Shown here: positions 18,887 through 29,411 of the stretch, piece after piece | Position numbering within the stretch: the first letter of the stretch is position 1 | Layout of the letters: the number at the start of each line of letters is the position of its first letter | Assembly: GCA_002897675.1 (NCBI GenBank) | Contig: BDSU01000040.1 | Coordinates: 5,201-69,200, forward strand | Length of the DNA: 64,000 bases | Origin: a bacterium BMS3Abin02 | Lineage (GTDB): Bacteria; Actinomycetota; Acidimicrobiia; Spongiisociales; UBA4744 | Direction of reading: 5' to 3' | Program-made: the position numbers and the translations under genes | The notes under the pieces: generated by a model | Told to the model about the DNA's origin: nothing | Database searches by the model: none | The model's input: only the letters and a program-made list of their open reading frames with translations

Positions 18887-20026
18887 GTGGCTGGACGCGA
18901 TCGCGCGACGATGCTGTTCACGACCAAGTATGGCGCCAGACCAACAGGGCTCGTGCGCGCCCCTGGACGTGTCAACCTGATTGGCGAACACACGGACTAC
19001 AACGGTGGGTACGTGCTCCCGATGGCCATTGAGAGAGCTGTCTGGATAGCATTTCGACCCCGCTCCGACCGCCAGGTCATACTCCGTTCCGAAGCCTTTG
19101 TGGATGATGCACGGATCGATCTCGACCAGTTGACGCGCGGTGAGGGTTGGGCGGAGTATGCCAAAGGTGTCGCATGGGCCATGGAGAAGGCAGGCAATCG
19201 TCTGCGCGGCTGGGAAGGCGTCATCGCCAGCGACATCGCCATGGCCGCAGGTCTCTCTTCTTCGGCTGCGCTCGGCATCGCCATCGAAGTGGTGTTTGCG
19301 AAGATCTCGGACCTCGGCTGGGATCCCGCTTCGTTCGCACAGCTTCAACAGCTCTCCGAGAACGAATGGGTGGGGGTTCGCAGCGGGATCATGGATCCGC
19401 TCATCGTGACGGGCGCTCACAAGGGCCATGCGATGCTCATCGATTGTCTTACGTTCAAGGGTATCCACATCCTCATTCCACCGGAGGCCTCTATCGTCGT
19501 CATGGACACCGGAACCCGGAGGAACCTGATCGAGGCCGGCTACAACCGGCGAAGATCCCAGTGTGAAACCGCCGCGGCAAGGCTTGGTGTAACGACACTG
19601 CGAGACGTCACGATGACCCAACTCGACGACCACAAAGCCGATTTGGAGGAACCTCTGTACGACTGTGCCATGCATGTCGTATCGGAGAATGAACGTACGC
19701 TCGCCGCGGCGGATGCACTTCGTCGGGGTTCACTGGGAGAGTTCGGGAGTCTCATGAACGAGAGCCACGCGTCACTGCGCGATTCCTTCGGAGTCTCCAG
19801 CCGGCCGCTCGATGCGATGGTGGAGGTTGCCCAGACGACACCCGGGTGTTTCGGAGCCCGCCTCACGGGAGGTGGCTACGCCGGTGCTGCGGTCGCCCTC
19901 GTTGCACTGGAATCGGCCGAACGTTTCATCCACGTCGTGGAGGACGGATTCCATGAGGCGACAGGCCTACAGGGGCACTGCTACGTCGTCGAATCCGCGC
20001 GAGGAGCGAGCTTCGAGCCGATATGA
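18887..20026 (+). CDS. galK: Galactokinase
   Basis: APGRVNLIGEHTDYNGG, GLSSSAA, GIMD, GARLTGGG. Confidence 0.92.
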   Translation: MAGRDRATMLFTTKYGARPTGLVRAPGRVNLIGEHTDYNGGYVLPMAIERAVWIAFRPRSDRQVILRSEAFVDDARIDLDQLTRGEGWAEYAKGVAWAMEKAGNRLRGWEGVIASDIAMAAGLSSSAALGIAIEVVFAKISDLGWDPASFAQLQQLSENEWVGVRSGIMDPLIVTGAHKGHAMLIDCLTFKGIHILIPPEASIVVMDTGTRRNLIEAGYNRRRSQCETAAARLGVTTLRDVTMTQLDDHKADLEEPLYDCAMHVVSENERTLAAADALRRGSLGEFGSLMNESHASLRDSFGVSSRPLDAMVEVAQTTPGCFGARLTGGGYAGAAVALVALESAERFIHVVEDGFHEATGLQGHCYVVESARGASFEPI

Positions 20027-20367
20027 GCCGCCTTCGGTTCCATCCAGAAGACGGCGAGGGGTTCGGCTGTGGCGCGCAGCCACTCGAAGGCCTCCCGATA
20101 GGCATCGCCGTCCGACCCGGCCGCCAGATCGCCTGCAACGTCCTCCAGCGCGGTCTCGAGACCGTAGAGAAGCCCTTGAAGCTCCTCCAGGTCACGACGC
20201 GATACCAGAACATCGTCCGCACCGAGACCACGTGCATCCGCCAGCTTGCGAGCGATGTGGGCCTGCTGGCGGCAACTTTGCTTGCAGTAGCGCCTTGGCC
20301 TTCCCGGGCCTTTGCGTCTGGGCAGCGCTCCCCCGCACCACGCACAGCGGTTCGCATGTTTCGTCAC
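19981..20367 (-). CDS. Hypothetical protein with N-terminal Zn-ribbon (CxxC..GRPRRYCxxxCRQ)
   Basis: Cys motif followed by a helical region; GTG 20367 has TAGTAT 7 nt upstream; 3' end overlaps galK by 46 nt. Confidence 0.7.
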   Translation of the reverse strand: MTKHANRCAWCGGALPRRKGPGRPRRYCKQSCRQQAHIARKLADARGLGADDVLVSRRDLEELQGLLYGLETALEDVAGDLAAGSDGDAYREAFEWLRATAEPLAVFWMEPKAAHIGSKLAPRADSTT

Positions 20368-20451
20368 GTGACGGATACTACCGACTGTGCCTGCGATGTA
20401 TCGGGAACCGGGACTCATCGATGATGATCGTCACCAACGAGGACCGCTCGA

Positions 20452-20706
20452 TCACACACGAGAGACCGGACCGCTCGTAAGGATCGAACCTGTGCTCGAG
20501 ATCGTCCCCCCGCAATGTCTCAGGATCTCACGCGCCGAGCCCTGCTCGGATCCCTCGAGAAGGCGTCGAGCGACCTCGAGCGCCGTGGCCTCGTCGGCTG
20601 CCGCGTGCGCCACCGGACGCTCGATCCACCGGGCGACCCGTTCGGAACCGAGATGATCATGAGCTGTGAGAGCAGCCGCCAGATCGTCGGTCCAGAACCA
20701 TCGCAT
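20452..20706 (-). CDS. Small hypothetical protein (84 aa)
   Basis: GGAGG SD before ATG; protein-like N-terminus RWFWTDDLAAAL. Confidence 0.5.
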   Translation of the reverse strand: MRWFWTDDLAAALTAHDHLGSERVARWIERPVAHAAADEATALEVARRLLEGSEQGSAREILRHCGGTISSTGSILTSGPVSRV

Positions 20707-20821
20707 TGCGCACCTCCGTGGGATGAGTAGAACGATCTCACCGTATCGCCCATGTCAAGAGCACCAGACCTGGGGAAACACAGCCGTGGAGTTTCACCCG
20801 CGCCGGTGCGCACTTCGCCGC

Positions 20822-22345
20822 TCACGTCACGACGGCGGCTCCAGACCGGCGAGGGTCGACGCCGGTTTCCATCGTGCCATCGGGATGGAGGGCGACGGCA
20901 CCCACACCCCCGAAGAACATGTCTTCACGCTCGAAGGGCCTCGTTGGATACCCGAGAGATTCGACGCCAGATCCCGGCTCGTAGGCGACGCGAGTCTCAC
21001 CATTCGTGAATTCGACGTGAATCCGCGGATGCGCCACGGCATCCTGGAGGGTCATGCCCAGATGAGCGATATTGAGGAATGCCTGAAGAATGGCCGTGGT
21101 GATACGTTCGGCGCCTGGCGACCCGATGGCCACCACCGAACCCGACTCATCCCTGGCGACCGTCGGTGCCATGTTCGAGAGAAGACGCTCTCCCGGCTCG
21201 AGCGCGTGAAGGCCGCCAGGATTGAGCTCGAGCTCGCCGAGGGAGTTGTTCAGCCATATCCCCGTGCCAGGTGCCATGACTCCCGAGCCGTAGCCGGCAG
21301 AGAACGTTGCAGCGCAGGCGAGCCCACTCTCGTCCACAACGGAGGTGTGGATGGTCGACGGACACGCCGCCAGCCAGGCGGCTCCATCCGCATCGATCAT
21401 GTTCAGCAGAGTCTCGGCTTCTGCGGCCAGGTCCTCTGCACCGTCGAGATGCTCTCTCCGATGCCCGAAGACCGAGCGCTGGACCTTGACGAGACGGTCC
21501 AATGCCTCCTCCGTCCAGCTCCCGACAGGTTCCTGATCCATCAGCGCGATCATCGCTGCCAGGGCCACTCCTCCGACCGCCGGAGGCGGATTGGAAGCGA
21601 TGTCCCATCCGAGGATCTCCAGCCGAAGGGGATCTCGAACGATCGCTTCGTAGCTTGCGAGGTCTTCTTCGGTCAACAGTCCACCGCCTGCGTCCATGTC
21701 GGCAACGATCTTCCGTGCAAGAGACCCCGTGTAGAAGACCTCAGCTCCGAAGTCCGCAATGGCGCGCAGACTCTCTGCAAGCCCGTCGATACGCACGATG
21801 TCGCCCGCCTCCAACACTTTGCCGCTCTCATCGTGAAGAGCGCCGTAGCTCGGTTCATGCCACCCGAAGATGGTGTCGTGACAGTGTTCCAGATAGCGCG
21901 AAGCGGCGACAGAGAGTGGAAAACCATGCTCGGCGAGATCGACGGACGGTTCGACAAGGAGCCTCCAGGAAAGCTTCCCAAAGCGTGAGGAGGCAGTTTG
22001 ACAAGCAGCCAGTGCGCCTGGAACGGCCACCGATCCATGTCCCACCCTGGTGGTCATACCGCCCCCGTAAGCCATCCAGGCATCGAACATGCCGCCCCCG
22101 AACCGGGAGGGATCCGTCCCTTTGCCGGGCATGATCGCGTAGCCGTCGACGGTGCAAGGAGACCTGTCGGGCGGCCAGATGGTGAGAAACCCGCCTCCTC
22201 CCAGGGCAACGATGCCAGGTTCCGAGATCATGCCCGCGATCGATGCGGCGATCGCAGCATCGACGGCATTGCCACCTTGCGCGGCGATCCGTTCGGCGGC
22301 ACCGGCTGCGTGCGTCGAGACTGCTGCAACAGCGATACGGGTCAT
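20822..22345 (-). CDS. ggt: Gamma-glutamyltransferase family protein
   Basis: GGNAVDAAIA, VAVPG, T-I-H-T-S-V-V-D autocleavage region, LNNSLGE, SNMAPT, GSPG, DPRR. Confidence 0.88.
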   Translation of the reverse strand: MTRIAVAAVSTHAAGAAERIAAQGGNAVDAAIAASIAGMISEPGIVALGGGGFLTIWPPDRSPCTVDGYAIMPGKGTDPSRFGGGMFDAWMAYGGGMTTRVGHGSVAVPGALAACQTASSRFGKLSWRLLVEPSVDLAEHGFPLSVAASRYLEHCHDTIFGWHEPSYGALHDESGKVLEAGDIVRIDGLAESLRAIADFGAEVFYTGSLARKIVADMDAGGGLLTEEDLASYEAIVRDPLRLEILGWDIASNPPPAVGGVALAAMIALMDQEPVGSWTEEALDRLVKVQRSVFGHRREHLDGAEDLAAEAETLLNMIDADGAAWLAACPSTIHTSVVDESGLACAATFSAGYGSGVMAPGTGIWLNNSLGELELNPGGLHALEPGERLLSNMAPTVARDESGSVVAIGSPGAERITTAILQAFLNIAHLGMTLQDAVAHPRIHVEFTNGETRVAYEPGSGVESLGYPTRPFEREDMFFGGVGAVALHPDGTMETGVDPRRSGAAVVT

Positions 22346-22456
22346 GACGCCCTGAGCGTAACCGGAGCGTTGGCCCCGCAGCCATCACGGCGACGATAAG
22401 TGCCGGCGCGCCATGCCCGCAGGTCTGCCGACAGCCGGCAGGGGCCGAGAGAGCAC

Positions 22457-22780
22457 TCACAAGACGAGCGCCGTCTCCTCGGGACGGACATTCACTTGCT
22501 CGGCGATGATCTCGAGACGGCTGCGCCGACCCTGCTCACCGTCCCAGAACCGTCGCTGGATCGCTCCGACCACCCAGAGACGTGAACCGGCCGAGGGGGC
22601 GTTCTCGATCAACTCCTCCGACGGATCCCACAGTGTGACGGGCAGGACGTCGACACGTCGCCGGGGCTGCTCACTGCGAACGGTGAGGAGATACCGAACC
22701 AGACGCGTCCCTGAATCAAAGGTGCGCACTTCGGGAGGAGCAGCCAGGTGTCCGCAAAGAACTGCGAGGTTGAGGTCCAT
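22457..22780 (-). CDS. Single-stranded DNA-binding protein paralog (OB fold only)
   Basis: N.AVL.G.L...PEVR, VTLW, GSRLWVVG.IQRRFW, LEIIAEQV; no acidic C-terminal tail. Confidence 0.8.
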   Translation of the reverse strand: MDLNLAVLCGHLAAPPEVRTFDSGTRLVRYLLTVRSEQPRRRVDVLPVTLWDPSEELIENAPSAGSRLWVVGAIQRRFWDGEQGRRSRLEIIAEQVNVRPEETALVL

Positions 22781-22871
22781 GACGGTGCCTTTCCGGGGAA
22801 GGCGGGAGGTGATGTGTACCGTAAGGCCGGGGTGTGACATCTCTGGCCGGTGAACAACGTAGAGTGACCCC

Positions 22872-23795
22872 ATGAATGACGTACGTGCCGTTGAGATCGG
22901 TGACCGCCTCTATCAAATCGACGCATGGATGGAGGGTCACCCGGAGCGCCTCGCCTGCTACCTGTTCGACACGCCTGAGCGGGTGCTCATCGAAGTCGGA
23001 CCCTCTGCAACACTCGGACATCTGATCGAGGCTCTCGACGAACTGGGAGTGGACGACTTGGCGATCTTCGTCGTCACCCACATCCATCTGGATCATGCGG
23101 GCGGGGCCGGGCAGATGGCAAAGCGATATCCCAATGCAAAGGTGGGCGTGCACTCTCGGGGAGCCAGGCACCTCGCGAACCCGGAACGTCTGTGGGCTTC
23201 GGCCATCCAGGTCTTCGGAGAAGAGTGGCTCACATCCGTATGGGGTCCCATCGAGCCGGTGGATCCAGAACGCCTCGTGATTCTCGACGAAGGAGACCGA
23301 GTGTCCCTCGGCAACGGAAGGTTCCTCGACGTCATGTACACGCCGGGGCACGCGAAACACCATGTCGTCTACCAGGATTCGGACGGGGGCGGCATGTTCG
23401 TCGGAGATGCCCTCGGGCTCTGCTATCCACACGGCCACTTCGTTCAGCCCGTGACACCGCCACCGGATTTCGATCCCGACGTGCAGATCGCGCAGATGGG
23501 CAGGATGCTGGACCGTCGCCCCAGCTTCCTCGCGTTTGCCCACTTCGGTCCTCGTTACGACGTCGAGACCACACTGATCGAAGCCGAAGAACGCTTGCGC
23601 GAATGGGTGCAGGCGGTGTCGACGTTCGCCGGGATGTCAACCGAAGCAGCGGGCGAACGTCTCAGGCTGTGGACGGCGGACAAGTATCGTGGCTTCGGCT
23701 ATTCGGAGGATGCTATCGCCTCGTATGCCGAGAAGACCAATTGGCCGATGCAGGCTGCCGGGATCAGGCGATGGCTAGCTCAGCGGGCAGGCTGA
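22872..23795 (+). CDS. MBL-fold metallo-hydrolase
   Basis: THIHLDHAGG, TPGHAKHH, FVGDALG, FAHFG. Confidence 0.9.
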   Translation: MNDVRAVEIGDRLYQIDAWMEGHPERLACYLFDTPERVLIEVGPSATLGHLIEALDELGVDDLAIFVVTHIHLDHAGGAGQMAKRYPNAKVGVHSRGARHLANPERLWASAIQVFGEEWLTSVWGPIEPVDPERLVILDEGDRVSLGNGRFLDVMYTPGHAKHHVVYQDSDGGGMFVGDALGLCYPHGHFVQPVTPPPDFDPDVQIAQMGRMLDRRPSFLAFAHFGPRYDVETTLIEAEERLREWVQAVSTFAGMSTEAAGERLRLWTADKYRGFGYSEDAIASYAEKTNWPMQAAGIRRWLAQRAG

Positions 23796-24606
23796 ACTCG
23801 ACGCGTTCGATCGCCGGCGTCTCCAGAGGCGTGATCACGTCGCTTCTCCTCGAGGTGTCGCCGTACACATACACCGGCATTCCGAGCCGCAACCGTCCGA
23901 GGAGGTAATTCATGTCCGGAATCCGAACGCGCACGCATCCATGAGAAGCCGGATAGGCAGGAACGCTCCCAGACCCGTGAATCGCGTACCCGCCTCGAAA
24001 GTAGTACGGCTCATACAGCCCTCCAAGATATGAAATCCGCCACCCGTCGACATGACGGTAGAAGGAGAATGCCCCCTCAGGGGTGCGCGCCTTCGAGAGA
24101 CCCCCACCCCGACTGCGATACGTACTTCCGCTGCCCGATGAGATCGGCAGGATGCTCGCCACAGTCTGGTTCTCGATGAGGAAGAGCACCTGACGCCCCA
24201 AATCGATTTCGACGCGATCCGGTGCGGACGCAGTGCCGACGCTGATGGGCTCATCCAGAAGCCTCCAGTCCGCCGATCGGAAGATTCCGTCACGAGGGAG
24301 ACCGTGTGCTTTCTGGAACGCGACCACGGCTGCGCTCAGCGCCTCGCCGTAGCGCCCGTCGACCGGACCCGGTCGAAATCCAATCTCACCCAGTCGTCGT
24401 TGGAGCTGGACCACACCGTGGCCGGTAGATCCTACACGGAGCTCCGATGGAGGGCTCCAGGCCTCGCCGTACCCGAAGACGTTCGGATCGTCGAAAGATA
24501 CGGCGATTGCGCGGATCGAGAACGGCATTGCCGTCAGCAAGGCCGCTCCCGCGATGACGAGAAGAAACCTTCGCAGCATCTGTTTCCCTGACACAACACT
24601 GAGCAT
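23764..24606 (-). CDS. L,D-transpeptidase with peptidoglycan-binding domain
   Basis: N-terminal signal/TM, PG_binding_1 (LQRRL..GF.PG.VDG.YG..AV.AFQ), YkuD motif AIHG..SHGCVR. Confidence 0.88.
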   Translation of the reverse strand: MLSVVSGKQMLRRFLLVIAGAALLTAMPFSIRAIAVSFDDPNVFGYGEAWSPPSELRVGSTGHGVVQLQRRLGEIGFRPGPVDGRYGEALSAAVVAFQKAHGLPRDGIFRSADWRLLDEPISVGTASAPDRVEIDLGRQVLFLIENQTVASILPISSGSGSTYRSRGGGLSKARTPEGAFSFYRHVDGWRISYLGGLYEPYYFRGGYAIHGSGSVPAYPASHGCVRVRIPDMNYLLGRLRLGMPVYVYGDTSRRSDVITPLETPAIERVEFSLPAELAIA

Positions 24607-24632
24607 CGGCCGGTGACGTCCGGTGCTTGAGT

Positions 24633-25385
24633 CTATGCGCCGATGTTTCGTATCGTGGCTCGAAGGTCATCCAGCCCGGGCATCGCCGGATCGTGCTTCT
24701 CGATGGCTTTCGCGAGTTTGAGCGCAGTCTCACCATCGCCGAGGAGCGACGCGGCGCGCGCGGCCACGAACCACTGCCGCAGGTCCTCCTCGAACGGATT
24801 CTGAGCAAGGCGCTTAGGATTGGCGATCTCCCAGGCGCCCCGGGCGTCTCCGTGATCGATCAGGAAGGAGGCAAATACCACGCGACCTTCTTTGAGCACT
24901 TCCGGTCTGCCGCCAAGTTCCTTCAGTTCATCCCAGACGCGCCGAACATCCTCGCCGCGGTCGAGCGCACGGAGGACGTCCATCTCCACGGGCATATGGA
25001 CGGTGTCTCCGGTGAGGCGACGGTAGGTCCTCAGTTCCGTCAATGCCTCTTTCCAGAGTCCGCTGCGGTATGCGCTGAGTCCGAGCAGCTCTCGAATGGC
25101 GGAGGCTCGCGGAGACAACTGTTTCGTCTTGAGCAGCAGAGAACGTGCTTTGCGGAAGTGCCCGCCGGCGAATGCGTCGGTGCCCGCTTCGAGGAGGTAC
25201 AGGGTCTCCTCCAGACGATCCTTTCGTGTCACGCGCGTGATCTCCTCGCGCAACCACTTGGGGAGTGTCGTACCTTTGCCGGTCACAATACGTCGCGTAG
25301 GCTCCGGTCCTCCCCGACCGCGTCGCGGACCAGTGCCGTCCCGCGATTCTCTGGTTCGGTCTCTGTTCCGTCCATCGCTGGGCAT
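24633..25385 (-). CDS. TPR-like helical protein
   Basis: IRELLGLSAYRSGLWKEALTELRTYRRLTG motif; same position downstream of rrn as in other Actinomycetota. Confidence 0.75.
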   Translation of the reverse strand: MPSDGRNRDRTRESRDGTGPRRGRGGPEPTRRIVTGKGTTLPKWLREEITRVTRKDRLEETLYLLEAGTDAFAGGHFRKARSLLLKTKQLSPRASAIRELLGLSAYRSGLWKEALTELRTYRRLTGDTVHMPVEMDVLRALDRGEDVRRVWDELKELGGRPEVLKEGRVVFASFLIDHGDARGAWEIANPKRLAQNPFEEDLRQWFVAARAASLLGDGETALKLAKAIEKHDPAMPGLDDLRATIRNIGA

Positions 25386-25397
25386 GTGAAAGCTCCT

Positions 25398-25433
25398 CCA
25401 ACAAGATGGGCCGCCTCGTCGGCGGCCCATCTG
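25398..25433 (-). terminator. Intrinsic terminator of rRNA operon
   Basis: AGATGGGCCGCC-GACGA-GGCGGCCCATCT-TGTT just after the 5S gene. Confidence 0.7.
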
Positions 25434-25444
25434 CTTCATATGTA

Positions 25445-25562
<118 letters not shown>

Positions 25563-25840
25563 CCCGGTGAGCGCTCGGCACCCCGAGCACTCCATAGCGA
25601 GCATGTATGCAGAGTTGGATTCAAATCCAAGCCCTCGGCCGATTAGTACCGGTCAGCTCAACACATCACTGTGCTTACACATCCGGCCTATCAACCTGGT
25701 CGTCTACCAGGGGCCTTACCCTTTCGGTGGGAGATCTCATCTTGAGGTGGGCTTCGCACTTAGATGCCTTCAGCGCTTATCCCTTCCGTACATAGCCAAC
25801 CAGCCGTGCCCTTGGCAGGACAACTGGCACACCAGAGGTA

Positions 25841-25874
<34 letters not shown>

Positions 25875-25913
25875 CCCCGCAAATCTCCTACGCCCACGAC
25901 GGATAGGGACCGA

Positions 25914-26642
25914 CAGTTCTGTTACCTCCACTCTCGAAAGCCGAGAGCGGCGGTCAGGTCATTTCTGCCTGACTCTGCATGTCGCCATGCAGCTCGGACT
26001 ATATCTTCACCAATCGAGGTGTTCGGCGTATAGTCTCTGAGGGTTCTGGACTCCTATCACGTCCGACATCTTCCACTTTCGATACGCCCCATTCGCGTTC
26101 ATGGTGAACGCCAGGCGTACCAGTTGAACAAACCCCTCATACTCGAGGTGAACTTTCTCAGCCATCGCTTGCACGATGGTCGCGAAGCTCACGAAGGTTT
26201 GTTGCTTGTCGGACAGGAGTGGGTTGCGTTCGAAGAAGGGTATGACGTGATCGAGAAGATCTCTGCGTCTCCTCACCACGAACACCAGAGTCTTGTCTGA
26301 CATCCGGTGTCGATCATTGATGACGATGCGTCCGCACTTCAGTACGTCTCTGAAGTACTCGAGCACCGTCGAGCGTTCCGCATTCTGACTCACACGAAAC
26401 TCGTGAATCAGTTGGAAACCGAACGCTAGGTCGGATCGTCGTGTGATTCCGACCGAAAACGATCCTTCTCCATCGGCAAACCCGCTCAGATAGGCTTCCA
26501 GCCTTCCCTGCTGATTGTCCGCACCGGATGGTTTGTCACTGCTCATATCACGACCCTACCGAGAGGGTATGACACAAACGAGTACCACCGGATACTCGGA
26601 TATTCCAGCATATAGCCGAATTTTGAGACAGCAAGGTCATTC
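25914..26642 (-). mobile_element. Group I intron inserted after 23S U2604 (E. coli numbering), 729 nt
   Basis: Splits GAGACAGU^UCGGUCCC; P1 GAGACAGU/GCUGUCUC with U.G at the splice site; core AUGCUGGAA, AAUCAGCAGG, UCAGAGACUA, GAAGAUAUAGUCC; P3 UUCGGC/GCCGAA; terminal G. Confidence 0.93.
26007..26546 (-). CDS. Single-motif LAGLIDADG homing endonuclease (179 aa)
   Basis: YLSGFADGEGSF helix, F.VSQ, CGRI, VIPFFE.NPL..K; uninterrupted ORF inside the intron. Confidence 0.92.
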   Translation of the reverse strand: MSSDKPSGADNQQGRLEAYLSGFADGEGSFSVGITRRSDLAFGFQLIHEFRVSQNAERSTVLEYFRDVLKCGRIVINDRHRMSDKTLVFVVRRRRDLLDHVIPFFERNPLLSDKQQTFVSFATIVQAMAEKVHLEYEGFVQLVRLAFTMNANGAYRKWKMSDVIGVQNPQRLYAEHLDW

Positions 26643-26679
26643 ACTGTCTCACGACGTTCTAAACCCAGCTCGCGTGCCG

Positions 26680-26761
<82 letters not shown>

Positions 26762-26785
26762 CCGTCGATATGGACTCTTGGGCGC

Positions 26786-26816
<31 letters not shown>

Positions 26817-26946
26817 GCCGATGAGCCATGGCGCTTCCACATGCCACCATGGGATCATTAAGCCCGACTTTCGTCCCTGCTCGACTTGTAGGTCTCACAG
26901 TCAAGCTCCCTTGTGCCTTTACACTCAACGCCTGATTGCCGACCAG

Positions 26947-26988
<42 letters not shown>

Positions 26989-27267
26989 CACCGCCCCAGT
27001 GAAACTGCCCACCAGGCACTGTCCCTGATCCGGATAACGGATCGAGGTTAGAAGCCCGCTATACGAAGGGTGGTATTTCAAGGGCGACTCCACGCCGGCT
27101 GACGCCGACGCTTCCAAGTCTCCCACCTATCCTACACATCGTATACCAGACTCCAATGCCAAGTTGCAGTAAAGGTTCCGGGGTCTTTCCGTCCTGTCGC
27201 GGGTAGTGAGCATCTTTACTCACAATGCAATTTCGCCGAGTCCCTGGTTGAGACAGTGCCCAAGTCG

Positions 27268-27857
<590 letters not shown>

Positions 27858-28752
27858 GACTTCAGAGCTTCGCCTTACGGCTAACCCCTCCGCTTGACCT
27901 TCCGGCACCGGGCAGGCGTCAGAGCGTATACGTCGTCTTGCGACTTAGCACGCTCCTGTGTTTTTAGTAAACAGTCGCTTGGGCCTGGTTTCTGCGGCCC
28001 CCTCAGGCTTCGGACGCAAGTCCTACACCTTACCGGGGCGCCCCTTCTCCCGAAGTTACGGGGCCAATTTGCCGAGTTCCTTAACCAGGGTTCTCTCGCT
28101 CGCCTTGGTATTCTCTACCTGTCCACCTGTGTCGGTTTGGGGTACGGGCGCCTGCGCACTCACTAGAGGTTTTTCTTGGCGGCTTGGGCGTTCAGCGGCT
28201 TCGCCTGAATCGGCTCGGCATCGTGCCTCGGGAATCACGAGGTCCGGATTTGCCTGGACCTCTCCCTACACACTTACCCCGGGTCAACCAACGCCCGGGT
28301 CCGCTTACCCTTCCGCGTCACCCCATTGTTCGCCTACTACCAGCGGGGTCGGTAGGCCCCGAAGGGCTTTCCTTAGCACACTGGGTTTGGCCGGATCGCA
28401 CGCGAGGCGGTACGGGAATATCAACCCGTTCTCCATCGATTACGCCTTTCGGCCTCACCTTAGGTCCCGACTAACCCTGGGCGGACGAACCTTCCCCAGG
28501 AACCCTTGGACATTCGGCGGAGGAGATTCTCACTCCTCTTTCGCTACTCATGCCGGCATTCGCACTCGGGCAGCCTCCACGGCTGGCTCACGCCGCCGCT
28601 TCGAGGGCTGCTCGACGCTCCCCTACCGATCCTGTCGCCTGGACCCGCACCCCTTGGGGTACAGGTCGAGCTCATGACAGAATCCCGCAGCTTCGGCACC
28701 GAACTTGAGCCCCGTTACATTTTCCGCGCAGAATCACTCGACCAGTGAGCTG

Positions 28753-28801
<49 letters not shown>

Positions 28802-29369
28802 TTGGGCGACTCCACATCGTTTCCCACTAAGTTCGGATTTAGGGGCCTTAGCTGGCGGTCTGGGCTGTTTCCCTTTCGACTACGAAGCTCATCCCCCGCA
28901 GTCTGACTGCTGTATTCTAAAGCCATGAGATTCGGAGTTTGACTGGGATCGGTAAGCTTGTTGGCCCCCTAGCCCAATCAGTGCTCTACCCCCATGGCGA
29001 AACATACAACGCTAGCCCTAAAGCTATTTCGGGGAGAACCAGCTATCACCGAGTTTGCTTGGCCTTTCACCCCTATCCACAGGTCATCCCCCAAGTTTTC
29101 AACCTTGGTGGGTTCGGGCCTCCACGAGGTCTTACCCTCGCTTCACCCTGCCCATGGATAGATCACTCGGATTCGGGTCCAGAGCACGCGACTCGACGCC
29201 CTATTCAGACTCGCTTTCGCTGCGGCTTCGGCACACGCCTTAACCTTGCCACGTACTGCTGACTCGCCGGCTCATTCTTCAAAAGGCAGGCGGTCAGGGA
29301 TCAAAGATCCCCTCCCACTGCTTGTAGGTCCACGATTTCAGGTTCTCTTTCACTCCCCTCACCGGGGTG

Positions 29370-29411
<42 letters not shown>

